This document shows positions 1 to 9,253 of a stretch of DNA of 32,000 bases, piece after piece. Source of the stretch: Pseudoalteromonas translucida KMM 520 (GTDB lineage: Bacteria > Pseudomonadota > Gammaproteobacteria > Enterobacterales > Alteromonadaceae). The first letter of the stretch is position 1; every line of letters starts with the position of its first letter. A program made the translations under genes and the position numbers. Below the pieces are notes generated by a model. It was given only the letters and a program-made list of their open reading frames with translations, had not been told where the DNA came from and searched no databases. Location: contig NZ_CP011035.1 of NCBI RefSeq assembly GCF_001465295.1, forward strand, positions 330,001 to 362,000, in the 5' to 3' direction.

Positions 1-711
1 GGCTCTCAAACTGAAGGGTTTAATTATCAAGCAGGTGTTTTAATTGATGACACATATGGACAAGATGCGCTAAACCAAGTAACAGGACGTAATTGGTGGA
101 TAGGGCGTCCAGTTGAGCTTCCTAGCTCTCGCCCCATTGAGCTAGAAGGTGGTCGGTCAATTGCTTCTCGACTTAAAAGTTGGCCGAAAGAGCATATAGT
201 AAAATGCCTTGTTTTCTTCCATCCAAATGATGAAATCAACCTACGTTTAGCTCAAGAACGGCAAGTTGTTGAGTTATACAAAGCCTGCTGTTTAAGCGGT
301 CACGAGCTACTAATTGAAATTATCCCACCAGTAGATATGGATAAAGATAACTTAACTGTTTTAAGAGCAATGCAACGCTTTTTTAATCTTGGCGTGCAAC
401 CAGATTGGTGGAAACTTCCTGCCCCGACCACTTCAGAGTGGCAGGATATTTCGACGTTACTAAAGCAACGCTCTCCACACTGCAGAGGAGTCATATTATT
501 AGGGTTAGATGCACCATTAAGTGAATTAGAAAATGCATTTAAAGCCAGTGCTAATTTTGATATCTGTAAAGGTTTTGCTGTGGGTCGCTCTATCTTCACT
601 GCGCCTAGTAAATTGTGGCTTACAGGAGATATTGACGACAATGAGTTTATTTCTCAAGTAAAAGATAATTATTTACGACTTGTTAACGCTTGGCGTAATA
701 GGAAATTGTAA
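1..711 (+). CDS. iolC: 3' part of an IolC-type protein (DUF2090 / aldolase-like C-terminal domain fused to 5-dehydro-2-deoxygluconokinase); 5' end lies outside the window
   Basis: Frame 1 is open from base 1 to the TAA at 709-711. The translation (GSQTEGFNYQAGVLIDDTYGQ...WWKLP...GFAVGRSIF...) matches my memory of the DUF2090 domain found at the C-terminus of proteobacterial IolC. It sits directly upstream of iolD/iolE/mmsA. Confidence 0.7.
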   Translation, partial: GSQTEGFNYQAGVLIDDTYGQDALNQVTGRNWWIGRPVELPSSRPIELEGGRSIASRLKSWPKEHIVKCLVFFHPNDEINLRLAQERQVVELYKACCLSGHELLIEIIPPVDMDKDNLTVLRAMQRFFNLGVQPDWWKLPAPTTSEWQDISTLLKQRSPHCRGVILLGLDAPLSELENAFKASANFDICKGFAVGRSIFTAPSKLWLTGDIDDNEFISQVKDNYLRLVNAWRNRKL

Positions 712-721
712 GGAGCTAAAG

Positions 722-2578
722 ATGAAAACAATACGTTTGACAGCTGCTCAAGCATTAATTAAATATTTGCAGCAACAATATCTAATATCAGAAACTACCG
801 ATGGCCAGCCGGAAGCTATTTTTACAGGCGCCTTTGCTATTTTTGGCCACGGGAATGTTGCAGGTATAGGTGAAGCGCTCTATCAGGAACGTAATACATT
901 TCCAACATATCGCGCTCATAATGAACAAGGCATGGCGCATGCAGCTATCGCTTTTGCTAAACAGCATAACCGTAGAAAAATGATGATGTGTACTACATCT
1001 ATTGGGCCAGGCGCGACAAATATGGTCACAGCAGCAGGGCTGGCACATGTTAACCGTCTACCTATATTATTTGTACCTGGCGATACATTTGCTAATCGAG
1101 TACCTGATCCAGTATTACAACAAGTGGAATGTTTTAGTGACCCAACGATTTCGGTTAATGATTGTTTTAAACCGGTCAGCCGTTACTTCGATCGTATTAA
1201 TCGTCCTGAGCAGCTAATCAATAGCTTACCTGTAGTTATGCAGACTTTGCTCGACCCAGTTAATTGTGGCCCCGTCACATTAGCTATACCACAAGATGTG
1301 CAAACAATGGCGTTTGATTACCCAGCGAAGATGTTTGAAAAGCGGATTCACCGTATTCGTAGACCTGGCATTGAAAACAGTGAACTAGAGCAAGTGATTG
1401 CGCTGCTGCGAAAGTCGTCTAAACCTTTGATCATTGCCGGTGGCGGTGTTCATTACTCTTTAGCGACCGAGACACTGGCACAGTTTGCAGATGCTCATAA
1501 AATTCCTGTTGCTGAAACCCAGGCGGGTAAAGGTAGTCTTAATTGGCAACATCCTTATGCAGTAGGTGGTATAGGTGTTACGGGCAGTAAATCTGCAAAT
1601 AGTCTAGCGCGTCAAGCCGATTTAATTATTGCAATAGGCTCAAGGTTACAAGATTTCACCACTGAGTCACGCACGCTTTTTGAGGGGGGGAATACTAAGT
1701 TAGTTCAGATAAACGTCGGTCAATTCGATGCGAACAAACACGATGCTATACCGCTCCAAGCCGATGCAAAAATCGCATTGCAACATCTAACAAGTAATCT
1801 ATCTGATTGGCAATCATCTCCAGCGTGGGGCGAGGAAGTTAACAGCGTTAATGAACAATGGCGGGAAGTTTATCAGCAAGTAACAGCTGATACAGATGCA
1901 AAGTTACCAAGTGACGCTCAGGTCTTAGGTGCAGTAAAACGTCAATCTGATCCTCGGGATGTAGTGGTATGCGCTGCTGGAGGTTTACCGGGTGATTTAC
2001 ATAAGCTTTGGCGTTGTGATGATAACAAAAGTTATCACGTAGAATATGGCTTTTCTTGTATGGGTTATGAAATTGCAGGAGGCCTTGGTGTAAAAATGGC
2101 CAGTCCAGATCGTGATGTGTTTGTAGTGGTCGGAGATGGCTCTTACATGATGATGAATTCAGAACTGGCAACCTCGGTAATGATGGGACAAAAAATCATT
2201 GTTATTGTGTTAGATAATCGAGGATATGGCTGTATTAATCGTTTACAAATGGCTACCGGTAATGAACCTTTTAATAACTTATTAGAGGATTGTCATAGTA
2301 TTGATCAAGGTGCTCCGAAGCTAGATTTTGCTGCGCATGCAATAGCTATGGGAGCCCAAGCAGAATCGGTGTCTTCAATCGCAGCATTAGAACAAGCAAT
2401 ACAAAGGGCTAAACAGGCTGAACGCAGTTATTTAATTGCTATTGATACGGATCCCTATGTGACCACCTGCAATGGAAATTCGTGGTGGGATGTTGCTATT
2501 CCTGAAGTGTCTGTTAGCGAAAAAGTTAACCTTGCGCAACAGAGCTATCAACAGAATAAAAACAAACAACCGTATTAA
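722..2578 (+). CDS. iolD: 3D-(3,5/4)-trihydroxycyclohexane-1,2-dione acylhydrolase (decyclizing), ThDP-dependent
   Basis: The track ORF is 680-2578. I prefer the ATG at 722 because AAGGAG at 711-716 precedes it. MKTIRLTAAQALIKYL...FGHGNVAGIGEAL is the typical IolD N-terminus, and a ThDP-enzyme motif (GDGSYMMMNSELAT) is present. Length is about 618 aa. Confidence 0.93.
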   Translation: MKTIRLTAAQALIKYLQQQYLISETTDGQPEAIFTGAFAIFGHGNVAGIGEALYQERNTFPTYRAHNEQGMAHAAIAFAKQHNRRKMMMCTTSIGPGATNMVTAAGLAHVNRLPILFVPGDTFANRVPDPVLQQVECFSDPTISVNDCFKPVSRYFDRINRPEQLINSLPVVMQTLLDPVNCGPVTLAIPQDVQTMAFDYPAKMFEKRIHRIRRPGIENSELEQVIALLRKSSKPLIIAGGGVHYSLATETLAQFADAHKIPVAETQAGKGSLNWQHPYAVGGIGVTGSKSANSLARQADLIIAIGSRLQDFTTESRTLFEGGNTKLVQINVGQFDANKHDAIPLQADAKIALQHLTSNLSDWQSSPAWGEEVNSVNEQWREVYQQVTADTDAKLPSDAQVLGAVKRQSDPRDVVVCAAGGLPGDLHKLWRCDDNKSYHVEYGFSCMGYEIAGGLGVKMASPDRDVFVVVGDGSYMMMNSELATSVMMGQKIIVIVLDNRGYGCINRLQMATGNEPFNNLLEDCHSIDQGAPKLDFAAHAIAMGAQAESVSSIAALEQAIQRAKQAERSYLIAIDTDPYVTTCNGNSWWDVAIPEVSVSEKVNLAQQSYQQNKNKQPY

Positions 2579-2622
2579 TTGTCGGAAAATATTTATTACC
2601 CCCTTTATTTGGATATAAAACT

Positions 2623-3519
2623 ATGACTATAAAAGTAGGAATAAACCCTCTGACCTGGACAAATGATGACTTACCATCTCTAGGTGCAGACACCTCTTTA
2701 GAACAATGCCTTAGTGAAGGTAAAAAAGCGGGTTATGCGGGCTTTGAACTTGGCAACAAGTTTCCACGTCAAAGTGAACAGCTAAATAGTGTATTAGCTG
2801 AGCATGATTTAAAGCTTGTCTCTGGCTGGTTTAGCGGTCAACTGTTATCACGTAGTGCGGAAGAAGAAATTATTGCGATTGAAGATCATTTGCAATTGCT
2901 GAAAAAGGGCGGTTCGAACGTGATGGTTTATTGCGAAGTAACAGGCGCGATCCATGGTAAACAAGCAATCCCATTATCACATAGACCAACTATGCAAGCT
3001 GCTGAGTGGGAACAGTTTGGTAAGCAACTAACTCAAGTTGCTGATTACTGCTTAAGTCAGGGAGTGCGGTTAGCTTACCACCACCACATGGGAACCGTTG
3101 TTGAAACAAGTGATGATATTGACTTGTTGATGCAGCATACAGGAGATTCTCTCGGTTTGTTACTTGATAGTGGCCATATTACTTACGCAAATGGTGATCC
3201 ATTAGCCGTAGTAGTCAAGCATGGTAAGCGAATTGTTCATGTCCACACCAAAGACGTCAGGCTTGACGTTTTAAAAGATGCAAAAAATCGTAATCTTAGT
3301 TTTTTAGATGCTGTACTGAATGGTGTATTTACCGTTCCGGGTGATGGTGATATTGATTATACAGCAATATTTACCGCACTTAGAGAGCTAAATTATCAAG
3401 GTTGGCTTGTAGTTGAGGCTGAGCAAGATCCTGCGATTGCCGATCCATTGACCTATGCAACTCTAGGTTTTAATAATATTCAAGACTTTGCACGTAAAGC
3501 AAATTTAAAATTAGCATAA
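2623..3519 (+). CDS. iolE: myo-inosose-2 dehydratase (xylose-isomerase-like TIM barrel)
   Basis: 298 aa. The N-terminus MTIKVGINPLTWTNDDLPSLG is characteristic of IolE. It lies between iolD and mmsA. Confidence 0.92.
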   Translation: MTIKVGINPLTWTNDDLPSLGADTSLEQCLSEGKKAGYAGFELGNKFPRQSEQLNSVLAEHDLKLVSGWFSGQLLSRSAEEEIIAIEDHLQLLKKGGSNVMVYCEVTGAIHGKQAIPLSHRPTMQAAEWEQFGKQLTQVADYCLSQGVRLAYHHHMGTVVETSDDIDLLMQHTGDSLGLLLDSGHITYANGDPLAVVVKHGKRIVHVHTKDVRLDVLKDAKNRNLSFLDAVLNGVFTVPGDGDIDYTAIFTALRELNYQGWLVVEAEQDPAIADPLTYATLGFNNIQDFARKANLKLA

Positions 3520-3532
3520 AAGGATTCATAAA

Positions 3533-5035
3533 ATGAAAATTGTAGGTAATTACATTAATGGTGAAAGCGTTGCAAGTGCAAGTACTCGAACAGCTCCAGT
3601 ATTCAACCCAGCAACAGGTGAGCAAACAAAGTTAGTGTCACTAGCAACGGTAAGCGAAACTGAAGCGGCAATTAGTATAGCTGAACAAGCTTTTCATGAG
3701 TGGAGTCGTGTTTCACCGCTAAACCGTGCACGCGTTATGTTTCGTTTTAAAGCGTTATTAGAACAAAATATTGATCAATTAGCTGAAATGATCACCCTTG
3801 AACACGGTAAAGTATTATCTGATGCTAAAGGTGAACTCACGCGGGGCATGGAAGTTGTTGAATTTGCATGCGGTATACCACACTTATTAAAGGGCGAGCA
3901 TTCTCTTAATGTTGGTCGTGGTGTTGATAGTTTTTCACTGATGCAACCAGTAGGTGTTTGCGCAGGTATTTCACCTTTTAACTTTCCAGTAATGGTCCCT
4001 ATGTGGATGTTTCCAATAGCCCTAGCGTGTGGCAATACTTTTGTAATGAAGCCATCTGAAAAAGATCCGAGCGTTATTATGCGAGTAGCCGAGCTTTTAA
4101 AAGAAGCTGGTTTACCAAATGGTGTTTTTAACATTATTAATGGCGATAAAGAGGCTGTTGATGTGTTATTGAACGATAGCCGTGTACAAGCGGTTAGTTT
4201 TGTAGGCTCAACACCGATTGCTGAATATATCTATGCGACAGGTAGTAAAAATGGCAAACGTGTTCAAGCTCTAGGTGGTGCTAAAAATCATATGATCATG
4301 ATGCCAGATGCCGAAGTTGATCAAGTAACGTCAGCATTAATGGGGGCTGCATTTGGTTCGGCTGGCGAACGTTGTATGGCAATTTCAGTCGCCGTTTGTG
4401 TTGGTGATGAAACCGCTGACCGACTAATAGATAAGTTGCAGCAAGAAATAGCGGATATGCGTGTGGGACCCGGATCAGGTCTGGCCGAGGAAGCCCATAT
4501 GGGGCCATTAATAAGTAAAGTTCATGCTGAAAAGGTAACTGGCTATATTAATTCAGGGGTTGAAGAAGGTGCAAAACTCGTCGTTGACGGACGTGGTTTT
4601 AAGGTCGATAAACATGAGTTGGGTTACTTTATTGGCCCAACGTTATTTGATGATGTTAAACCTGGTATGCGGATTTATAAAGAAGAAATTTTTGGGCCCG
4701 TACTAGCTGTTGTTCGTGTCGGTTCATATCAAGAAGCCATAGAACTAATTAATTCGCATGAATATGGGAATGGAACCACCATATTTACTAGTGATGGCGA
4801 TAGTGCTCGACAGTTTTGTGAGCAAGTTCAGGTTGGTATGGTTGGTGTGAACATTCCAATCCCAGTGCCTATGGCGTTCCATAGTTTTGGTGGTTGGAAG
4901 CGATCAGTATTCGGTCCATTAAATATGCATGGTAACGATGGTGTGCGCTTCTATACTAAGATGAAAACAGTCACTGCCAGATGGCCTAAAGGGCAGCAAA
5001 CAACGAATTCTTTCTCGATGCCTACTATGAAATAG
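3533..5035 (+). CDS. mmsA: CoA-acylating methylmalonate-/malonate-semialdehyde dehydrogenase
   Basis: 500 aa with aldehyde dehydrogenase motifs (FVMKPSEKDP, GERCMA catalytic Cys region). The length and the C-terminal tail (VTARWP) are typical of MmsA/IolA. It is the last gene of the iol block. Confidence 0.93.
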   Translation: MKIVGNYINGESVASASTRTAPVFNPATGEQTKLVSLATVSETEAAISIAEQAFHEWSRVSPLNRARVMFRFKALLEQNIDQLAEMITLEHGKVLSDAKGELTRGMEVVEFACGIPHLLKGEHSLNVGRGVDSFSLMQPVGVCAGISPFNFPVMVPMWMFPIALACGNTFVMKPSEKDPSVIMRVAELLKEAGLPNGVFNIINGDKEAVDVLLNDSRVQAVSFVGSTPIAEYIYATGSKNGKRVQALGGAKNHMIMMPDAEVDQVTSALMGAAFGSAGERCMAISVAVCVGDETADRLIDKLQQEIADMRVGPGSGLAEEAHMGPLISKVHAEKVTGYINSGVEEGAKLVVDGRGFKVDKHELGYFIGPTLFDDVKPGMRIYKEEIFGPVLAVVRVGSYQEAIELINSHEYGNGTTIFTSDGDSARQFCEQVQVGMVGVNIPIPVPMAFHSFGGWKRSVFGPLNMHGNDGVRFYTKMKTVTARWPKGQQTTNSFSMPTMK

Positions 5036-5049
5036 TATTTGTTACTTTA

Positions 5050-5082
5050 GGTTTCTATCCATTTGACAAATGGATAGAAACC
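5050..5082 (+). terminator. Stem-loop after mmsA (GGTTTCTATCCAT / ATGGATAGAAACC)
   Basis: A perfect 13-bp inverted repeat (5050-5062 / 5070-5082) with a 7-nt spacer lies 15 nt after the mmsA stop. The downstream T tract is weak (TTCACTTT). Confidence 0.55.
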
Positions 5083-5249
5083 TTCACTTTAAGCGTTATA
5101 CCATAAGTACGTTACCATAGATGATTTATTATATATTCAATGAGTAAGCAACCTGAGGTCTGGATAATAAATCTATTTCCAGTTGCTATTTTTTCGCCTA
5201 GTCCTAGGCACCTAATTGCTAAATATCCCTTGGTAATAACGGGTCAAGA

Positions 5250-5660
5250 TTACTTGGCGCTTGCAGTTTCAACAAGGCTATAGAGTATGGTAACGCTATT
5301 GTAAGTATTTGAGAACAGCCATGCCTTGTGGTCTATCATAAATAGTTTAATCGCTCGTTCAGCTCGGTTGCTATCCATTTTAAGCCTGCCATCATCAAGA
5401 TAGTGGCGGAATTTTCAAACTGATTTATCGCGTAGTTAATAGCTTTACCAAGCATCATTTTTTGGGGTATCTTAATGCTTGATCAGCTCTTGATAGATGA
5501 GTTTGGCTTTTTGCTGTTTTACGTTGAACTTTTTAATACTATAGATCTTACCTATCAGATTCAACGCCACATCGCTTTGCCAGCTTTTCTTGTTATTGCC
5601 TGTAGCCTCGATGAATTTACGGCCTATATGGCAATGCTCATTTACTGCCAATGTGATCAG
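5250..5660 (-). pseudogene. IS66-family transposase (TnpC) C-terminal remnant, with several frameshifts and stops
   Basis: Minus-strand pieces are EHCHIGRKFIEA...SDVALNLIGKIYSI (5472-5660), LGKAINYAINQ (about 5403-5465) and YLDDGRLKMDSNRAERAIKLFMIDHKAWLFSNTYNSVTILYSLVETASAK (5250-5402). These correspond to the conserved CWAHARRKF ... LDDGRLEIDNNxAERAIRP ... GRKNWLF ... YSLIETAK blocks of IS66 transposases. The N-terminal roughly 300 aa are absent. Confidence 0.75.
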
Positions 5661-5764
5661 TTAGAGCGTAGATTGATACTGCAATTTTTCATGACTAAGT
5701 GTCATCATATCTCGACAATAATCAATTCAGTTGTTGGAGACTCAGTTCAAATTATTTTATGGTA

Positions 5765-5807
5765 GCTTTGTCTGGCTTTGTCTGGCTTTGTCTGGCTTTG
5801 TCTGGCT
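5765..5807. repeat. Tandem decamer (GCTTTGTCTG) x4 plus a partial unit
   Basis: Four perfect 10-bp units span 5765-5804, followed by GCT. They sit exactly at the junction between the tnpB' remnant and the 5'-deleted tnpC' remnant. Confidence 0.95.
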
Positions 5808-5823
5808 ATTTGAGCTTGTTTTT

Positions 5824-5955
5824 TTATAGTCGCTTGTACCACAGAGCAATGCCCGTTTTATCCCAATACACCAGTTTGAGTTTATCTTTTGCTTTGTTGC
5901 ACAGAAAGAGCGCACCAGCATATGCATCGTGTTTCAACTCATCTTCAACGATGAC
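5824..5955 (-). pseudogene. IS66 Orf2 (TnpB) remnant
   Basis: The minus-strand translation VIVEDELKHDAYAGALFLCNKAKDKLKLVYWDKTGIALWYKRL matches the conserved ...FSGxLFVFxNRRxDRxKxLxWDxxGxxLxYKRLE core of IS66 TnpB. The N-terminal part (about 5956-6030) is in another frame. Confidence 0.7.
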
Positions 5956-6121
5956 CATGTGTAGTGATCAATAAGCTTTAGAAAGTCCACGACATCACGG
6001 TGTAAGTAAATATTTTTGGGTTCAACAACATCTTCATCAGGCAAGCTCGCGTAATAATTGACTTAGGTGATTTATGGTGTTGCTGCCTGTAAGTTTTTGT
6101 TTTTTTGAAATAATTTTATTG

Positions 6122-6199
6122 TTAGTACTCAGTTATAGCTAAATCGCTAGATGTTTGCTCTTTGATGATGCTACGCCACTGTTCAAGGCTACGGTTTTT
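6122..6199 (-). pseudogene. IS66 Orf1 (TnpA) remnant
   Basis: The minus-strand translation KNRSLEQWRSIIKEQTSSDLAITEY* resembles the RSxEEWxxLIxEQxxSGLSxxxFC motif of IS66 TnpA. It is truncated by a stop. Confidence 0.5.
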
Positions 6200-6465
6200 C
6201 TCATCGTTATCTCTTAATTCAAACGTGGAAACAGCCTAATAGTTTTGACGCTTTACAGGCAGGTGTTCCTTGTTAGACGATTATAGAGCCCTTACAGAAA
6301 TTAGAATTTATGTTCCACTGTTAATAAAATGAAACATTTAGTTTAAATACATGTTGACAAAACTTCTAAATAGGCTTCTACTTGATGAATCAAGCATTCC
6401 AAATTAATTTATTTTGGAATTTAATGTTTAAAATAAAATTAACTTATCTATTAGTAGGAGTAAGC

Positions 6466-7833
6466 GTGAAATATAATACATTACTAAAGTCCTCTTTATC
6501 TTTAATAGCCTTGTTAGCAACAACATTAACAGGTGTTAATGCTGCTGAGCGCCCAACAATATTATCGGATGAAGATATTGCTTATGTTAAAGAATTAATT
6601 AGCAGTGAGGTAAATGCCAAGCAAGAAGCCGATAATAGTTTTAGTTTTGGTGGTTATTTTCGAACAGGTACAAACACCGTTATTGGCGGAGGAGCTAAAA
6701 ACGGTGGTTCTTGTTACTCACTAAATTACCCCAAAAATGATGGTATTTATTATCGTTTAGGTAATGAGTGCCGTGACTATGGAGAACTAAAATTTACTAA
6801 AAAGCAGCAATTGAGTGGGGTGAACTTTAAAGCAGTATACATGATAGATGTCGCTGGCGATTCACGTTCGCCTACAGCAACAGAGTCTTGGTCGAAACGT
6901 ACAAGGGAGCTATATGTTGAGACAGATAACTTGCTTGATAATGGTAACTTATGGATGGGACGGCGCTATTACAGAAGTATTGGCGTAGGTGATGTGCATA
7001 TGCTTGATTATTTTTATGTGCAAAGCTCTGGTAATGGTGTGGGTGTTTCAGATATAGCTATAAATGACAGCGACAAACTACATATTGCCGTATTAGCTTA
7101 TGGTGGCGAGGGTGACATTACAGGTGAAAATGGCACCGCAGATAGCAATTATCAAAATATTATGGCCGATATTCGTTATGAAATGGATGTAGGTGATGCA
7201 GGAGAAGTTGTATTTACACTGCAAAACTTATTTGTTAACGATGCAATAAATGCAGCCGGTTTAGCCGATGGCCGAACCTATACAGTACAGTGGCAAAAAA
7301 AGTTCGGCATTGTTGATCAAAAAACAGCGATTCAGGTTGGTACAGGAGCTATGGCGCGTAATCCTGGCAGCGCTGGTACGGATGGCGGAAGTTTTGATTA
7401 TGCTGCCAATAGTAGCTCAAAGGGCTTGCGTATTTTCAATACTGGTTTAATTGATATTAGTGAAAAATTTAAAATAAATTATATGGCGATGTACGAAAAA
7501 TCATCTGATTACCACACCCTAAAAAGTGTTGGTGTGCGCCCGCATTATTCAATATCGCCACATTGGAGTGTGCTTGGTGAAGTGGGTTATAACGCTTATC
7601 AAACAAAAACAAACGGCATTGAAAATGATGAGCAAAAATTAATGAAGTACGCCTTAGCATTACAAGCGACTGCAGACTCAACAGATTTTTGGTCTAGACC
7701 GTCGTTAAGGTTTTACCTAAGTAACTTTGATTGGAACAATGCAGCTGGTCAAGAGTCTGGCTTAAATGTTGCTGGCAAAGAAGGTGCTGAGAGTGCCTTG
7801 GTTGCAGGCGCTCAGGTAGAAGTTTGGTTTTAA
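6466..7833 (+). CDS. LamB/ScrY-family carbohydrate-selective outer-membrane porin
   Basis: The track ORF is 6382-7833. I prefer the GTG at 6466, which is preceded by AGGAG (6456-6460) and gives a signal peptide (VKYNTLLKSSLSLIALLATTLTGVNA|AE). Family hallmarks are present: FSFGGYFRTG, YRLGNE, WMGRRYY, DVHMLDYFY and the C-terminal AGAQVEVWF. Confidence 0.85.
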   Translation: MKYNTLLKSSLSLIALLATTLTGVNAAERPTILSDEDIAYVKELISSEVNAKQEADNSFSFGGYFRTGTNTVIGGGAKNGGSCYSLNYPKNDGIYYRLGNECRDYGELKFTKKQQLSGVNFKAVYMIDVAGDSRSPTATESWSKRTRELYVETDNLLDNGNLWMGRRYYRSIGVGDVHMLDYFYVQSSGNGVGVSDIAINDSDKLHIAVLAYGGEGDITGENGTADSNYQNIMADIRYEMDVGDAGEVVFTLQNLFVNDAINAAGLADGRTYTVQWQKKFGIVDQKTAIQVGTGAMARNPGSAGTDGGSFDYAANSSSKGLRIFNTGLIDISEKFKINYMAMYEKSSDYHTLKSVGVRPHYSISPHWSVLGEVGYNAYQTKTNGIENDEQKLMKYALALQATADSTDFWSRPSLRFYLSNFDWNNAAGQESGLNVAGKEGAESALVAGAQVEVWF

Positions 7834-7856
7834 TTGTTCATTGCTTGTATGTTTTC

Positions 7857-7884
7857 ATCTCGTAGGGTGGCCAGCCTACGAGAT
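7857..7884. terminator. Stem-loop between the convergent porin and dioxygenase genes
   Basis: ATCTCGTAGG (7857-7866) and CCTACGAGAT (7875-7884) form a 10-bp perfect stem with an 8-nt loop. It lies between the stops at 7833 (+) and 7976 (-). The T tract is weak. Confidence 0.5.
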
Positions 7885-7975
7885 TTCTACTGATATAGGG
7901 TGAGCAGGTATCGTGGGTTTAACCTTAATATATTTAGTCCTATTCACTATTGCTTTTATCATAAGCCATTTACGG

Positions 7976-9142
7976 TTAGGCTAAGCGTTTACTGCGCAAC
8001 GATTCTAGGATTGCAAAGAACTCGATTGCAGGAGTATTCTGCTGAATTGCTAATAATAAGTGTTGTTGCTGGGTTTGAGGTGCAGCTTCATTATAAGGTG
8101 GGTCTAGATCTAAATTAGTGGGAAACGAGTAACCATCAGCGGTACATGCCACTACTGCTTTTAGAGCTTCTTCGTCAAGCTGCCCTGTTTGCCATTTATG
8201 GCATAGTGTTCCATAAAGGGTCTGACACATAGCTTCTCTATTAATGCTTTCCATTGGTTTACTAAAACTAGATGAGATTTGTAAAAGGTTAGCTGTGCGA
8301 TGTAGATCAGCTGTTTGATTAGAGCCAGCGGCATGAATTAACGCGGGATTAAAAAATAATAAATCACCCTGCTGCAATGCAAGTTGCACGTATTCTTGTT
8401 CAAATAATTTAACTACGTCGGGATCACGCCATGCCAGATAACCTAAATCATATTGGTGAGAAAAGGGGAGTAACTTAGTGGGGCCACTGGCGAGAGGCAT
8501 ATCAGTATGCGCAACTGCGCCTTGTAAGGTAAGAGCACTTGATAATTTGTGGATTGATAGCGGGTAAGATTCACAAATAGCATTACTTTGAAAGCCCAAA
8601 TGATAATCTCGGTGTGGGTGCTGTGCATTTGCTCCAGGGTGAACGACATTAACTTGCGAGGTCATTTGCCAATAGGGTCCTAACCAAGCGTCTGCAACCC
8701 ATCCTAATGCTGGGTTTTTATAGTATTCGATAAAATCAGCAGGTGCTTGTAATGCGACTTTTTGTAAGGCATTCCAAATTCGGCCATTCGCTCCAGCAGT
8801 GGCGAAGTGATCGCCTCCGGTTTTTTGTTCTCTTTCTTGAATAAGAATAGACTCAAATAATTTATTAAAGCGTGAGAGCAAAGCTGGATCAGAATATGCG
8901 CCCTTTATTACTATCACGCCAGGTCCATTATCAGATATGGCTCGGTGTAATTCACTCAGCACATTTATGCGTTCTGTTTGCATGTGATCTGCTAATGATG
9001 ATGCATTGTAAATAAGCACATTATTTTTGCAATCATGTGCATAAGGGTAATCATTAAGAGCGACGCTTTGCTTACAGAGTTGAAATAGATGTTCATCGTT
9101 AACATCTTGTGAACGTAAAAAGTTAGCGGGATTTTGAGACAT
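7976..9142 (-). CDS. Phytanoyl-CoA dioxygenase (PhyH) family Fe(II)/2-oxoglutarate-dependent oxygenase
   Basis: 388 aa. It has an HxD iron-binding motif (HPHRDYH) and a distal His (LIHAAGSN). The overall pattern matches the PhyH family as I remember it. Confidence 0.75.
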   Translation of the reverse strand: MSQNPANFLRSQDVNDEHLFQLCKQSVALNDYPYAHDCKNNVLIYNASSLADHMQTERINVLSELHRAISDNGPGVIVIKGAYSDPALLSRFNKLFESILIQEREQKTGGDHFATAGANGRIWNALQKVALQAPADFIEYYKNPALGWVADAWLGPYWQMTSQVNVVHPGANAQHPHRDYHLGFQSNAICESYPLSIHKLSSALTLQGAVAHTDMPLASGPTKLLPFSHQYDLGYLAWRDPDVVKLFEQEYVQLALQQGDLLFFNPALIHAAGSNQTADLHRTANLLQISSSFSKPMESINREAMCQTLYGTLCHKWQTGQLDEEALKAVVACTADGYSFPTNLDLDPPYNEAAPQTQQQHLLLAIQQNTPAIEFFAILESLRSKRLA

Positions 9143-9211
9143 AGTAGGAACCTATTAATGTTGTTATTGATAGCTAATTGACAGTGAGTCTAACATCGGT
9201 GTCAATTTTAA

Positions 9212-9229
9212 TGAGGTTAGTTAACCTCA
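9212..9229. promoter_or_regulatory. Candidate operator palindrome TGAGGTTA-GT-TAACCTCA in the divergent dioxygenase/LacI intergenic region
   Basis: Perfect 8-bp arms are separated by 2 nt. A third half-site, AACCTCA, lies at 9234-9240. A second inverted repeat, TTGACA...TGTCAA, starts at 9178. The region lies between divergent starts at 9142 (-) and 9254 (+). Confidence 0.45.
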
Positions 9230-9253
9230 AGGAAACCTCATTTTAGGATGGTT

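Larger units (their letters stand above)
5090..6295 (-). mobile_element. Decayed IS66-family insertion sequence (tnpA', tnpB' and tnpC' remnants with an internal deletion)
   Basis: Minus-strand translations give fragments of all three IS66 ORFs in the canonical order (next three features). The high-coordinate end reads GTAAGGGCTCTATAATCG on the minus strand (6295 downward), and IS66 inverted repeats typically start GTAAG. A weaker TAAGCGTTATACC lies at 5090. The boundaries are approximate. Confidence 0.7.

Noticed and set aside
680-721. Upstream extension of iolD (track start at 680)
   Set aside because: It would overlap the iolC' 3' end by 32 nt. The ATG at 722 has a canonical AAGGAG RBS and gives the conserved IolD N-terminus.
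5475-5974. Plus-strand ORFs 5475-5765 (96 aa) and 5699-5974 (91 aa)
   Set aside because: They run antisense to recognisable IS66 tnpC'/tnpB' remnants. One reads through the decamer tandem repeat. Neither has an RBS or a recognisable family, so they are probably spurious.
6354-6385. TTGACA at 6354-6359 as the -35 box of a porin promoter
   Set aside because: The best -10 candidate at 17-nt spacing is TCTACT (3/6 match). That is not enough support to annotate a promoter.
6382-6465. Upstream extension of the porin ORF (MMNQAFQINLFWNLMF...)
   Set aside because: There is no RBS. The GTG at 6466 is preceded by AGGAG and yields a proper signal peptide.
7900-8118. ORF 7900-8118 (+), 72 aa
   Set aside because: It overlaps the 3' end of the well-supported PhyH-family gene on the opposite strand and has no family resemblance.
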